Origin: Guillardia theta CCMP2712
Lineage: Eukaryota; Protista; Cryptophyta
Assembly: GCF_000315625.1 (NCBI RefSeq)
Contig: NW_005434672.1
Location: 899,374 to 963,373 of the forward strand
Length of the DNA stretch: 64,000 bases
Reading direction: 5' to 3'
The notes below the pieces were generated by a model. It had not been told where the DNA came from, did not search any database, and worked only from the letters and a program-made list of their open reading frames with translations. Below are positions 37,277-50,300 of the stretch, piece by piece. Position 1 is the first letter of the stretch. Each line of letters opens with the position of its first letter. The translations under genes and the position numbers were made by a program.

Positions 37277-37470
37277 CTTATATAAGCAGGTGACGGCCCA
37301 CATCCCCACTAACACCTGGGCCGCCGGTGAGACCCAGGGTGAGACCCACCGGCGGTGAGACCTCCGATGCCCAGACCGTACCGTGAGACTGAGACCTGCC
37401 GGGGCCTCATGCGGCCCAGACCTGGGCCCAGACGGCCAGTCGCCCGGCCGGGCCTTCACGGTCAACGGTT
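37277..37470. promoter_or_regulatory. Divergent intergenic region: palindromic TATA-like CTTATATAAG and a GC-rich element with repeated GTGAGACC/CCAGACC and a 9-bp inverted repeat
   Basis: CTTATATAAG at 37277-37286; CCGCCGGTG (37321-37329) pairs with CACCGGCGG (37347-37355); the region lies between divergent starts at 37027 and 37642. Confidence 0.35.
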
Positions 37471-37641
37471 CCCAGGTTCCCAGCCATCATCATGATCCGC
37501 GGCGGCTCGGCGTCTCAAACGCAGTTAAGTCACTGAAGGCCCTGTATCAGTTCAACGGTTTTAAAGCCTTTGAGGGACAGCAGTGGGCCGGATAAAAAGG
37601 GTGTCGGGACCCGGTTGACCTTTTTTTTGAGTGATCCTACA

Positions 37642-39449
37642 ATGCGGCTACTCCTGACCAGTTTGAGTTTGTTGGCGTTCGTGATTGAAGCCGATATGGT
37701 GGAGCAGAAATTCTCTGAGTTGCCTCCTGGCTGGAGATCAGAACAAGACAGGTGAACTGTAGACCATCACTCTCAGATTCTGTCTGACGCGTCTTGCGCA
37801 GGTTGACGGGACAAGTGTACTACTGGGACATCGTAACCAAACAAACCTCATGGTCGAAACCAACAAAGCTGACAGACGAATCTTCTCTGACGACGAGGCC
37901 ATGTCATGGTCAAGCAATACTGCAGGACTTGCCAGAAGGAATCCTTGGAACCATGCACTGCATGGGCCTAGGTTCAAGGTTCGGGGTCCGATCAGATGGG
38001 TCTGGAGTGGAGGTCACGGTTGACGGCTGCCCTGACCATGCATACTTCGAGGATGTCAGGACTGCAGGTGGGAACAGTTGCAGGTCTGGAAAGGGCACAA
38101 TTCATGGATCAATATGGTCACATCGAAGTGCGATGGGGAACAGGCAAGAATGTACCAGCAGGTAATTTCTAGAACGACAGCAAACTGGTCTGAATCTGGA
38201 GTGTTGCCGCAGCAGCACTAGTCTCTTCAATGAGGATCAAGTTAATGAGCCATTTCTTGCACTCGATGATTCGATATATTGTGCTGAAAGCAAATCTGCT
38301 TGTGAACTGGAATGCGAAGAAGTCCTGAGTTATGAATGTATGCCATACGATGAATCGGAATTGAGTACGAGCGATGTTCGTTGATCCGGGCTGTCTCTGT
38401 TGTTGATGAGCTTCTCAGGATTATTTCCCTAAATCTCGACATCTTTCTTTCACTATTCCCAAGAATCCGACGGTCAAGAATGACTCAAAGATTTTCACTC
38501 CAGAACAGGAGATTCTACAGAAATTCGGAGGTGCTGATAAATTACATGTTTGACAGGTTTTGACATCTTGACAGGAGTAGTCGGGTTTGCAGTGAACGGG
38601 GTGAGAACAAGCCTCCTGTTTCAGTGTGCGCCATGAAAGAAAAGTTCTCAGGTCCCTTTTGTCCATCGGCACTATGATTCGTCCGAAAAAGACGACGATA
38701 GAGGGAGCATCAAAATGTTGTTCGACAGCTGCGGAGGACATTCCGATCCGTTGAATCGATATCATGTAGAGCAGGACTTGATCTGCCTTCCATGATGCTT
38801 GTTTCACAGTATCACATTCCTCCTCTATGTTTGATGCAGGAGAGTGACTGTACCACCCCTCAACGATCAGACTGGTGGTTGGCCTTGCATCCTGAGACCC
38901 AGGCAAGTCTCGGTTTCTTGTATTTCGTTGGAAATGCTTAAAAGTTGAACAATGTAAAGTGGCCCAGGCACGCATCGATGCAAGGTACAGGGACAGCAAC
39001 AAGGCATGAATACGCATCTAACATTCAAGCTATCACATAAGATGGCACACCAGCTTCTGCTCTGATGGGATGGGCGCTGGATGGGTTCCCGATCTTTGCC
39101 CCCTATGACCCTGAGACTGGAGAGCTGCAGGTGAGGTTCAATCCTTGACAAACTTGAATGATCGTCAAGATTGAGCAGCCTTGCAGGTTTCAAGGAGGTT
39201 TTGTAATGATATCAGCCAACTTGATGAATGTAACGGAAAGTTCCTAGCAAATTCGGGTGAGTTTCTGTAGCTCATACCAGAACAATTTACCACCATATCT
39301 TGTCAAGCTTGTTCTGATCTTTCACAATCACCTCGATCATTATCAGGATCTTACGCCTACTTTCTGAGCCCTGTGTACCCGTATCTTCCATCCTGCCTGC
39401 GCGGCACAAAAATCGGAAATTTTGTTGAAAAGTACTCGGAGAATTTGAG
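37642..39449 (+). CDS. Signal peptide + WW domain + YHYH-domain protein (multi-exon; 3' end uncertain, may extend to ~39700)
   Basis: Leader MRLLLTSLSLLAFVIEA; spliced WW motif LPPGWRSEQDR|LTGQVYYWDIVTKQTSWSKP. YHYH-family motifs appear across exons: CPDH, GFAVNG|VPF, DSCGGH, RYH|YHIPPLC (intron 38766-38809), GWALDGFPIFAPY, LDECNG, YAYFLSPVYPYLPSCLRG. Confidence 0.8.
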
Positions 39450-40328
39450 GTGAACAATGGCTCTTGTTCCCCAGTTAAACTTACATGCTAACTAACAGTG
39501 TATGCTCTTATGAAAAGTACAAGGAAAAGATGAATTCGTCCGAATCATTTCAATCTCGAGGGCGATGTCAAAGTAATGACAATCTCGCTATCACTTGGCA
39601 CTACTGACGCCGATGATTCCTTTCTTTCAGTCTCAGTATCGAGTGCCGGCCCAACGATTAAACAGAAATCTTCTGTGCTCAGTGTAGCTCTGCATTTACT
39701 TGTTATCTGCAATCTTCCACACTTGTTTCAATAAATTCACACCTAAAGTACGGTTAGAGTCATATCCTTCGTCACGGTGCGCAGCCCTTGACTCTTTACT
39801 CAAAGTTAAGTTAAAGATCTGTACGAGAGTACCACTGCAGCCAGATATAATATTGACTACAACATACAGTCATATCTTGACAACAATCGTGCAAGGTTAA
39901 CTATCACATTGGAACATATTGACTATATGGCATACGTTCTAAAAATGTTTTGTGCTGGCACAGGTGGTTCACTACCCCTGTACCCCTCTGGAAAGCATCG
40001 AGTACCCACCCATTCAAGCAACCTCTTTTTCTCCCAGTCAAATGTCAAAGATCGCCCCTCGACCATGCGACCCTCGTGTCTCATCCGCTCCGCTAGCCTA
40101 GTAGGGTTCGTACTAGCTGACTCCGTAGCTTGCTCTCTTCTGATGACATTTCTCCTTCCTCCTTGAAACCTTCGCGCCTCTTTCCACAATGGCGTGACTT
40201 CATAGTCAATCTTTACTAGTACTAACATGGGATATGCTTACAACCTGAATCTTCATTGATCCGAAATTGATTCTTTGCAGGATCCATAGCAACAGCTATG
40301 GCATATTAACAAGTGCCCATCTACAACC

Positions 40329-43300
40329 ATGCACCGTGTGGTACGGGGAAAATTTGGTCACTCAAGTTTCATCACAAGAACGGAGGATGTTGTACTTGGG
40401 AGCAGGCCGTCAGTATCCGTGAAGGGGGAGCGAGTGACACGTCAGCCTGGCCTGGCCTGGTTTTATCCAAATCTTCCTTGGGGTAGGATATGCATATGTG
40501 CATGAGGGAGCGCTTACTCTTGCCGTAGGTGCCCCGCCAGGACTGAACAACAACAAATACCGCGGAGCTGTATTCCTGAATCTATGGGAGATCCTTACTT
40601 TCCTCTGTTGTTTATACGTTGCAGGCGTACTTCCATACATTGTAGCCTTCGTTGAATTCATAGACCCCAACAATGGAAGCTGCATCTTCACTGATTCCAG
40701 TAATTCCATGGACCTTCGCCGTGCCTTCTCGATCGTCGACCTTGCTGTTGATGTACGTTGTCGTTCGGAAAGTCTCATGGAATTGATTTTGATTTTGTTG
40801 TTTATCGTAGATTATTTTCACCTTGGATATCTTCATCAACTTCCACACTGCAGTCTGGTATATATCCAAGGTCGGGGCTCCTCATTGGGTGCTCATTGAA
40901 GATTTACCAACGATTCGAAGAGCGTATTTGAGAGGGAGTTTCATCATAGATTTTGTTGGCTGGATACCTTGGCAATATGTTGATTGTACTCCTTACATGG
41001 CATCTGGCCTAAAAATTCTCAGGCTGTTGAGGCTTTTGAAGTTGTTTCGATTGTACAGGATTAAGCGAATGATCAAAGTTCTTCATCAAAAGTTCCCCAA
41101 GTCCACCTTTGTCGTCACGTCCTTGGAACTTCTCCTGACTATGGTTCTATTCGCGCACTGGACAAGTTGCCTATGGTTTGTCGTTGGATATCCCAACGGT
41201 TGGGTCACCCTGCAAAACATCGTGACCGATGGGGAAAGAGTTCCAAATCAGCGATTTTACGAGTGGATATCGAGCTTCTACTGGTAAGACCTGCAGATAG
41301 TATGTACTGCAGACTCACGTTCAAGCAGGGCTGTAACAACCATGACTACAATCGGTTGGTCTCCGTTTCTGCGTTGGCATGTTTGACCTGAACTGCTCTG
41401 CAGGGTATGGTGATATTTCTGCTCATACTGCAAACGAGCGAGCGGTTCTTTGTTTCTCGTGCACCTCTAATGAATTGATGCAAGATTCGAACAGATTTCT
41501 GTTGTCGTCATGGTGATGGGATGTGCCTTCCTGGCATGGGTGACAAAGTCTTGCTCTTTTACCAATGGCTGCTGAATCAGCGAACAGGTGACAGGACGAA
41601 TCACTCGAATCCTTACTCAAAAATCCGGTTGCATATCCAAGTTTGAAGGGAAACTGGAGGAGTTGAACGAGTACGACAGTCGTATTCTTGCATGGATCTC
41701 GCTCACCAGAACTCCAGGTTTATGGATGCTAGAGGCATTTCCAAAGGACTCCGCAACAAGATACGGTCTCTCAAATATTCTTTCTGCAGCAAACGTGAGA
41801 CTGACGGGACAAAGTCAGATCATACTATGGATTGAAATTTCCTATGCAGGCAATATCTGAGTTGATCCTTGTGTACTGTTTGCTCACTCAGATGCAGAGA
41901 ATCTTTGATGAGAATGAGATCCTGAATGACTTGGAAGGAGACATTCGAAAAGAGACAACCTTGGAGTTGTACAGGTAATTTCAGGAGAAGGTATTTGAAA
42001 TTCCTCCGATTAACTACTTGACCGTAGAGATATCGTTTCTAAAGTCCCCTTGTTCAATTTGTGCTCGACGGCGACCCAGAGAGAAGTTTGTTATCGTCTG
42101 GGACACCTTTATAAAACTAAGGGGACAAAGATCTTTGACGAGAATGAAGTGAGATGCTTGCACTTGCATTTGACACTGACATCTAGTCATCAAATGAGAT
42201 TTTTCTTTTCCAGCTATCACGTGCGATCTACATCGTACGTTTCGGGGTCGTGAGCATCAGGAGCAAGAAGAAGGTTCGAATCATCCTGTTGCTTGCAAGC
42301 ATGACCTTGGTAATCCTTGAAAAATCAGGAGATCATGAGGGCTCAGCGAGGAGATCTAGTCGGAGAAGCAGGGATCCTAGGCCTCACCCCCAACGAGAGC
42401 TACGGCTTCACCGCCATCGCAGAGACCATGTGCGAGCTCTGCGTGTTGGACGTGAAGGACTTCCAAGAGATGCTGGTGCATAACCCAGACTTCTTCCGAG
42501 TCATCGAGCGGGTCCTGTACTACCATGTCATCCAGTTGGAAAACCGCGTGCAGTGCCACGACATGATCGACAGATCAGATAAGTGGATGATAAAATGGGA
42601 CGCGATAGCCCGCGCTTTCAACACAGAATCTCCAGAGTTCAAGTGTTGCGCAGGAGAGAAAGACGCAGTTGAAGATGATTCCTTGCTGCTAGCAACGCAG
42701 TTTCACTTTCAGCTGCGATTGGTTCAAGGAGAAGGCCTAATTCCAGGAAAGCTCTTCTTCTTTCGACTTGAGTTCAAGTCTGATTCGGACATGGCCACTA
42801 GCACAGTCGCTGATGGACCCATCTTCGACTTGCACGATGAGGTTGTCAATAGCGAAACTTATGAAATCTCACAGACTATTCGAATGCTGCTCAAGCACGC
42901 TCACAATGATTGGGATCGGTTCCCCGACTTGAAGATCTCCATTCACCAGATCCGCGTGCAGAACAGTCATTTTGGAAGATCCTTCTCAAAAGGCATTCAC
43001 CTAGACTCGTTCGAGTATGCCATGAAGGCGAACTCTATGGAAATTTGGCAAGGTGAAATCTGTTGGAAAGTTATGATCGACAATCGTTGCGCGTCTCTTG
43101 ATCAGTGCGAGGATCAGCAGATGATGGGGGTGACTTTGAAGCCAACAGGCTTGCAGGAATTGGCCCCTTGCAAGCTCTGGTTCACTACCAACGCTTCACG
43201 CCTCCTCCGGCACAACTCGCGATGGCGACAAATCCTTGACATACTTCGCAAGACCTCGGCGTCCCCCTACTTTGCCCAGAAGCAGATCGACAGCCTCATT

Positions 43301-43878
43301 GCCCTGCGTGAAAGGATAGAGGAGAAGCTTCGCCAGCTCAGGATTCAACGGATGGAGTACGGCAACACTGATGTCTTCAAAGCCCTCAAAGGCTGGGCGC
43401 TGCCTTGCATCAACAAGTCAAGTCAAGGTTACCCAGCAGACTCTCCCAGGGGAGACGAAAAGCGGGCAATGACGAACAATGTGAGCACGAATTGCGATGA
43501 TCGCATTGAAGAGGTAGCATCTTTCCTCGCTTGGTTTGATTGCGCTGCTTACGATCACCTGAGCAGATGCGAAAAGATATGCAGGCAATGAGCAGGAGCA
43601 TCTATATACTTTGCGAGGAGATCTCAAGTCTCAAGAAAGCCGTTGTTGGCAAAGGAGGAAGAACCAACGGGCAGCGATCTAACTCGTTCGCGTACAGCAG
43701 TGCCCAGGACACCGCTCGAACAACGGCGATGGGGAGGATTCCTTTGGACAGAGAGGAGGGAGAAGAGAGAAGGCGAGAGGTCAGTAGTGTGATGATAGCA
43801 GCGACTGAGCCAATTACTGGGTTTCCCCTGCTACACCAGACAGAAATATCTTCTACATCTTCAGAGCGACAAGCTTGA
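40329..43878 (+). CDS. Voltage-gated K+ channel of the CNBD superfamily (HCN/KCNH/plant Shaker-like), multi-exon
   Basis: S1 LWEILTFLCCLYVAGVLPYIVAF; S4 LKILRLLRLLKLFRLYRIKR; spliced pore YW|AVTTMTTIG|YGDISAHT; C-linker FDENEILNDLEGDIRKE; CNBD GDLVGEAGIL...AETMCELCVL; C-terminal coiled coil. The start codon is tentative. Confidence 0.88.
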
Positions 43879-44350
43879 AAGATTTGTTGAAAGATTGCTG
43901 TTTGATTCCGTTGAGGAATGAAAAGGAGTAGCAAACTACACCAGCGTACATCTAACATGCCTGAGTCAGAGGTGTGAAGTTCTCGTATAGGAACTCTCAG
44001 GCATCTGGGCGAGAAACTCCTTAGAAATATCAAGCCCACCTCAGACCAACACAAGGACAGCAGAAGCGGCAGCTACCCTAGGGTGATGCCCAACTAAGTC
44101 TTTTAAAATCACTTATTCATATGTGAGTAAAATTGTGTACTGTTTGAGGCACCCCGACTGCCTGCGGTTTTAATGGATCCATGATGCGCGACCGATGAGA
44201 GGGGGGAAGGAGGAAGAGGAGCGAGGAGCGAGGAGGGCGGAGGAAGAAAAGGAAAGAGGGGGCATGCTCATGAGAGCAGGATGCAAGGCTGTAAGATATG
44301 GTGATTCACGCCCTGACGGATAGCTTTCACTCTCTCCGACCTGGCCAGTC

Positions 44351-47300
44351 ATGGGTTGTGGAGCAAGCGCACAATCGAGCGCTCATGATCCCAGAGGGAA
44401 GGAGGGGAAAACTTCAGAGGACGACTTTGAGGATCCAAACAACTCTGTGGATAGCAGAGGAGATCAAAATCGCAGCAGAGAGGATGGTGGAAAGGAGAGT
44501 ACTTTGTCAAACTTTCTCTACACCATGTCTCGTCTGAAAGATTCGGGCCTGAATTACGTCTTGAATCGTGATAGTCAGAAGCTCTTGAAAGATGAGAATC
44601 CGAAGTCGAACCATGATAGGAAAACCAATGGCATCCTTACTAAAGACACGAAGAGGACGATGAGAAAGGAGAAGCTAGTGAGGTCGTTTCGAATGATGGT
44701 TTGCAATCCCTTCAGGAGAACAAGCCCTCTATCAGACCTGCTGGTCAAGTGCTGCTTCCCTGCGCTTCGTGACTTTGCGAGGAGCTTTGGATTCAGTCTC
44801 CTCATCATCAACGCAACCCCTGAGGCAGACCTTCTTGACAACCATGTGAACCTACGAAGACGTGTGATTGTTGAGAATGAGTTTCATCTTTGTCTTCAGT
44901 CTTCACCTGACTTTGCTCTGCTTTCTCTGTTGGATCACTCAATCAAGTTGTATCAACCGCTTCCTCCTTGGCAAATCTCTGAATCTGATTTCTTTGCATT
45001 CCTCGACAAAGCCAAACAGGTCGACGGGGATTCCGACGCAAGTTTCTCGGATGAGAGCCAACTGCTCTACAGCAGTGACGACAACAATGCTCGGATCAAA
45101 GTTGCCGATGTGCTCAAGCAATGGTACCGGCAATCTGAGAAGCTGAGTGGACTGCCATTCTTCTTCACCTTGCCCTCCCATGACGAGATGTTCCGATTGG
45201 AAAAGTCCAGGTCTGGGTTGATGCCGACCTTTCAAACAGATGATCACTTGCAAATGGCAAAAGAGTTGTCGATCTTGAGTCAGTTTTTCAGTGAGCACGA
45301 CGTCGTTTTGCTGCCGAGTGAGGAGACTTTGAGTGCAAGCAACCTACAGGATGTGAGCGATGTGAAGGTGGAGGATGAAATGAGTTTGCTCAAGTTTGAT
45401 CGCGACCTCTCATTGAGCCAACTGGAGGCGTCCAATGACATTCTCGATCTTCAGCCCCAGGAAAGCGTGAATGAATGGAGCAAACCCACGAGCATCGAAA
45501 AGGAGCTCAGCAGAAGCAAAGAGAGCGTTTCCGAGGTTCGAGGGGCCTCAGCGCTTGCCACGAGCTCGAGGCCTTCTCCTTACATGTATGCCAGCAATGG
45601 ACAGAAAGAGATCCTGTACAAGTATGAGTCAAGTCTGTTCGAGCAGCTCTTCAGCTCTGCTCCTCCTCGTCTCGTCTTTCAGCACCCGCAAGGGTTGGTG
45701 ACCCTTCCGGCAGGGATGCAGTTCCAGTACCAGGACCTTTTCGAGGAGAGGGAGAGGCTAGACTGGAAGGTTGTCTCGCTTGTAGGAGGGAAGGGACAAA
45801 AGAGCGGAGGAGAAACTTCTTCTCGAGCACGAGGCGATCAACTTGCAGGAGACGACGACCAGTCTCGGCTACCTCGGGATGTGCGGAGGATGTTGAATTC
45901 TCTCACCCCTCAGAGGGGGGAGACGGTCGATATGCTCGATGCTTCTGCTGCGTCTGAGGAGGAAAGGCCGGCCAGGCTGAAAGCTGAGACTTTGAAACTT
46001 GTCTTCGCCTCCCTGGAGGTTGACGGGCTTCACCCTGCAGCGTTCTCGCTAGTGATAACCATCCTGAAGAATGGGAGCGAGGAATCGAGAGAAAGTCGCA
46101 CGAGCAAGAAGCAAGCTCAGAATGGCGGAATGCTCAGATGGCATGCGATGTCGCCGCTGGAGATCGAGGTGGAGATGAAGGAGTCCAGCATCATTTACCT
46201 GAAGCTGTTCGAGCATCGGAGACTGGGAGAGAAGCTCTGCGCTACTGGAAGCGCGTTGTTGAAGGATGTTGCCATTGAGCTGGATGAGTTCTCGAGGGAG
46301 ACTTGGAGGGTCATTGACCTTGTTCTTAATGACCACAACTCATCGGCTAAGAGAATGAGCGTCAGACTGCAGCTCCTGTTCCAACCAGAATCCTCAGGGA
46401 TGAGTCGTGCGAGGAGAGGTTATGAATTGCTGAATGCGCACGACTATGATGGGGCATGGAAGATGTTTGACGATGCGAAGACGAGGTTCATCAAACATCG
46501 CAATGTTGTGATGACAGTCGTCTGCAATGAGATGCTGGTGGAGGTAGACAAGAGGCGATCAGCCTATTCCCCTTCAATCATGCGGCGCGTGGGATGCATG
46601 GGCTCGTTGATCAGCAAACATACCGGAGGAGAGGAAGAGGAGTTTGCAACCTCGTGGCAGCTGGAGAGTGAAGAATTCGATGCGCTCCTAGAGAAGGTCG
46701 GATCGATGAAATCATCTCAGGTTCAAGGCCTGAGGGAACTTCTCGAAGAGTCGGTGATGACTTCAGCAACGTCCCGCAAGCTCAAGACGAATGACTTCTT
46801 CACCAAGAGCGAGGTCTCTGCCCTCCAGCACTTTATGACGCACATGAAGAAGCAGCTGTTTGCAAGCATGTCGGCTCAACTGGCCAATGAGATGCAAGGG
46901 AATGGCGAGAACGTGGGGACAGACGTACAAGACGAGGTCACATCGCACGTTCGACTGCAACAGTCGCTAGTCAATCAGTTTGACTTGCTCCCTCATCTTG
47001 AGGCCCTGAAGGGCGATGTACTGCAGTACATCTTTGAAGATACAGCAACGGCTGCTCCCCTGTTCCTCCTGCAAGCCGCTCAGCCTGGGGTGGGCCTGAC
47101 AACCTTCACTGCGTTCGTTGCTTCCTATGTGGTTGAGAAGTACGAGAAATCGGAGATGAAACCAATCATCATCTCCCGATATGTGGGAGAGACCTTCTTG
47201 AGCAGAAGCATGGAGACGCTGATTCACTCCATCTTCCTGCAGCTGCAGGCGGAGGATTTGATCTATAGGCAAGAGGCCAACATGAAGGGACTGGCTGCTC

Positions 47301-50300
47301 CTCTCTTCCTCGAGAAGCCCAAGTCATGGGTTCGGAAGCTGCAGAAGGACTATGGAGTCCTGTCGGACTTTACCGAGCTGTGCTTTCAGTTTCGGACCCT
47401 GCTGGACTCGGTTTCATCCCGTCGTCCAGTCATCATCTTCTTGGATGGCATGCAGGACTTGCAGGATTTAATCTTCCTCCTCCGATATCAGGTCGCTGCC
47501 CCCAAGTTAGATATCCGAATTGCAAGTGGTCTCAGCAGTGAACCTTCTAGCTCATCCTCCGTACAAGTCGCCTCCTATCAGCAGATGCAGCTGGAAAGTC
47601 TCTTCTCCTGGCTGCCTTCTTCAGGTTTGAACCCTGTCGGCGCATTCCTTCCTGCCAACATCAGGATCGTTATCTCGTCGTCCTCTCTTGGCCCCCTGGA
47701 TCTCTTCCTCCAGTCTCAAGCCAGTCGCAACACGATCCGTGTGGTCAAGGGAGTTTCCAGTGCAGACAAAGTCATGTTGACAAGCATCCTGCGCTCCATG
47801 ATCGCGAAGCACTCTGAGATGGTGGATGACGAAGTGGCGGAAGCGCATGTCAAGCACGTTGCCACCTTCTTGAACGACATCCACCATGAACTTCTTGCTT
47901 CTCACGACGGGTTTGTTGACCTCTCTTTCCTCGCCGTGAAGCTTCGACTTCAACTACTTCTCGGCATCTCCATGGGCCGCCTGATGCGCAGGCCCGGTAA
48001 CTCTCTTGCGAGGGAGAGCATCCTTGCTGTCGTTTCCAATCTGGAGGAAGTCGAGCGGCTGCAGCAGTGCAGGTCTATCGATGACGTCAGCCTTGTGCTG
48101 TTTGAGATGGCCGGCCATTGCTATGGAGAAGGTTTGCTCCGTCGGCTCCTCAGTCTCCTCTGTGCGACCACCTACGGCATGACAGAGGACGAGCTCGTCG
48201 ATGTCCTGGCGACTCCTGAGAGGCACATTAAAGGCGCACAGAACGACAGCATGGCACAAGACGCGATCCTTTCGCAGGTGAAGATGATGCGAGAGAGAGC
48301 GAAAGTCGACAAGCTAGGATGGGAGAACGTCTCTGGGACTGCTGCTAAGGTCAGCCACCTGGACGTTCTAGCGCTGATTCAGATGCTCGGCCCCGTCCTC
48401 AAGGAGAGGACTCATTACTCCGCCAGGCTGCTAGTGTTCTCATCCCAGAAGGTGCTGGAGGTGGCCAAGAAATATTGCTTCTCGAGGGGGGCGGCGAGGG
48501 AGCACACGCACATGCTGCTCGCTGCTTATTTCTCGGGCTCTCAGTCCGGCCATGACTGGCACAGGATACAAGATGAGGACCTGAGGGTGCAGATGGCGGA
48601 GGCGTGTAGGAGGCACCTCAGCCGGTCGACCTCGTTCCCTGCTCAACCTTGGTTCTGGGAAGTTGCGATGCAGGAAGTGACGAGTGAAGAGAAACCAGGA
48701 GAGCAGGTAGGAAGGCAAACAAGAGTTTTCAACCTGAGAAAGATGCACGAGTTCGTTCCCCAGTTGATCTCTGCAGGTCTTTTTGAAGCTGCTTCAGTCT
48801 GTTTGACGGACCTTCAGTACATCACCGACAAGTTCGAAGCTGGGTTGAGTTTTCAGCTTCTTCAAGAGTTCGTGCTCCTGAGAAGTGCAAAGTCCTCTGC
48901 GCAGACCAAATCATATTTCCACGATGATTGCAGCCAGATGGAAGAATTTCTCATGAGGAATTACAACTTGTTGATACGGCAGCCGATGATGATATATCAA
49001 AGCGCCGCAAACTCTTTGAGCAACGGTCCTTTCCGGTCATACTTGCGTCACCTTCAGACTAAGAATGCGAAGCCTCCATGGTTGAAGGGCATTCGATTGG
49101 GACACGAGAACTCTCTCCAGAATCTTTGGACTTTACAGGTCCGTTGTCCAACCATACCGTTCCCTTCTTGTTCATTGTTCCTCCTGCTTCCTATCAATTT
49201 GTTGTTGATTCTTGCCTGGACCATTCTCTCCACCACCGCTCACTTGAATCTCTTCCCCCTTCCTTGTCTTGCTCGACCTCCCCTCTCCTCCTCACTTCAG
49301 CACACTGACAGCGCTCTACAGTGGCACAAGGAGCCGATCGTCAGCATGTGCCTTTCAGCCGATGGCTCTAGGTTAGCCACCTCCTGCATGCAGAAGCAGA
49401 TCTGCCTGTGGAGTGTGGGGGACGGAGTTCTTGTTCACGCCTTCCAGCACAACAGATCAAGGATCAGCGTCATGTGCTTCTCAGATCCTCCGCACCAGCT
49501 CGCAGTTGGCGACGCTGACGGCGGCGTCAGGATCTTGAGTATTCGAGGACAGACCAAGGTCAATGTTACCGAGGACTTCGGCCTCCTTGCGCACAAGGCA
49601 ATCGTGAAGAGCTTGTCGTTCCTCGGACATCTCAAGATCTTGTTGTCTGCTGCCTCTGACGGAGAGATGAAACTTTGGTCAACTGCCAGCCTGACCAACT
49701 TGCGGACTATCCAGCTGCACAAACTTCCCCTGCACCAGCTGCAGCTCCTGACGTATCACAGTGTCAACTCTCCCAAGGATTCTTCCAAGGAGCCGCAGAG
49801 CGTCGCCCCTGCCAAGAGCGACCTCGGCATTTCAGGGAACTTCCATGTTTGGTCTTGTTCGGATGATTGCTCCGTCAAGGAATGGAACCTTCAAACTTGC
49901 AACTGTCTCAAGGTGAGGAGGTCGAGGAGTGGGGCGGGGGGGCTGAAGGAGGAGGAGGAGGAAGTGGTGGTGGTGGAGGATTTCTTGATGTTAGATCTTC
50001 TTGTTATGTTGGAATCTCCTAAACATCTTGGAATCTTTCAAGCTGAAATCATTGCAGACCTTTGAAGGGCACAACAGTGCTGTAATCACCATCCGCGTGA
50101 ACCTCCAGCTGGACATGTTGGCATCGGGCTCTCGAGACGAGACTTGCAGGCTCTGGAGCATCTCTAAGAACACTCTCATTGGCGTCATCCGCCATTTTGT
50201 TCCGATCTCGCACGTCGATCTTGATGATTCTGCGGAGGTTGTCTTGACAGTCTGCAAGAACGGTTTCCTCAGAGTGTGGGACTTGAACACGTTGAACCAG

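Noticed and set aside
38421-39017. 198-aa minus-strand ORF
   Set aside because: It is antisense to well-supported YHYH exons and has no recognisable motif
40098-40116. Hairpin with a GGTTCG loop as a tRNA T-arm
   Set aside because: No acceptor stem, D-arm or anticodon arm can be built around it
49139-49321. Hydrophobic stretch in the 1904-aa ORF as a transmembrane helix
   Set aside because: It is an in-frame, CT-rich GT-AG intron; removing it restores the WD40 start LWTLQ|WHKEPI
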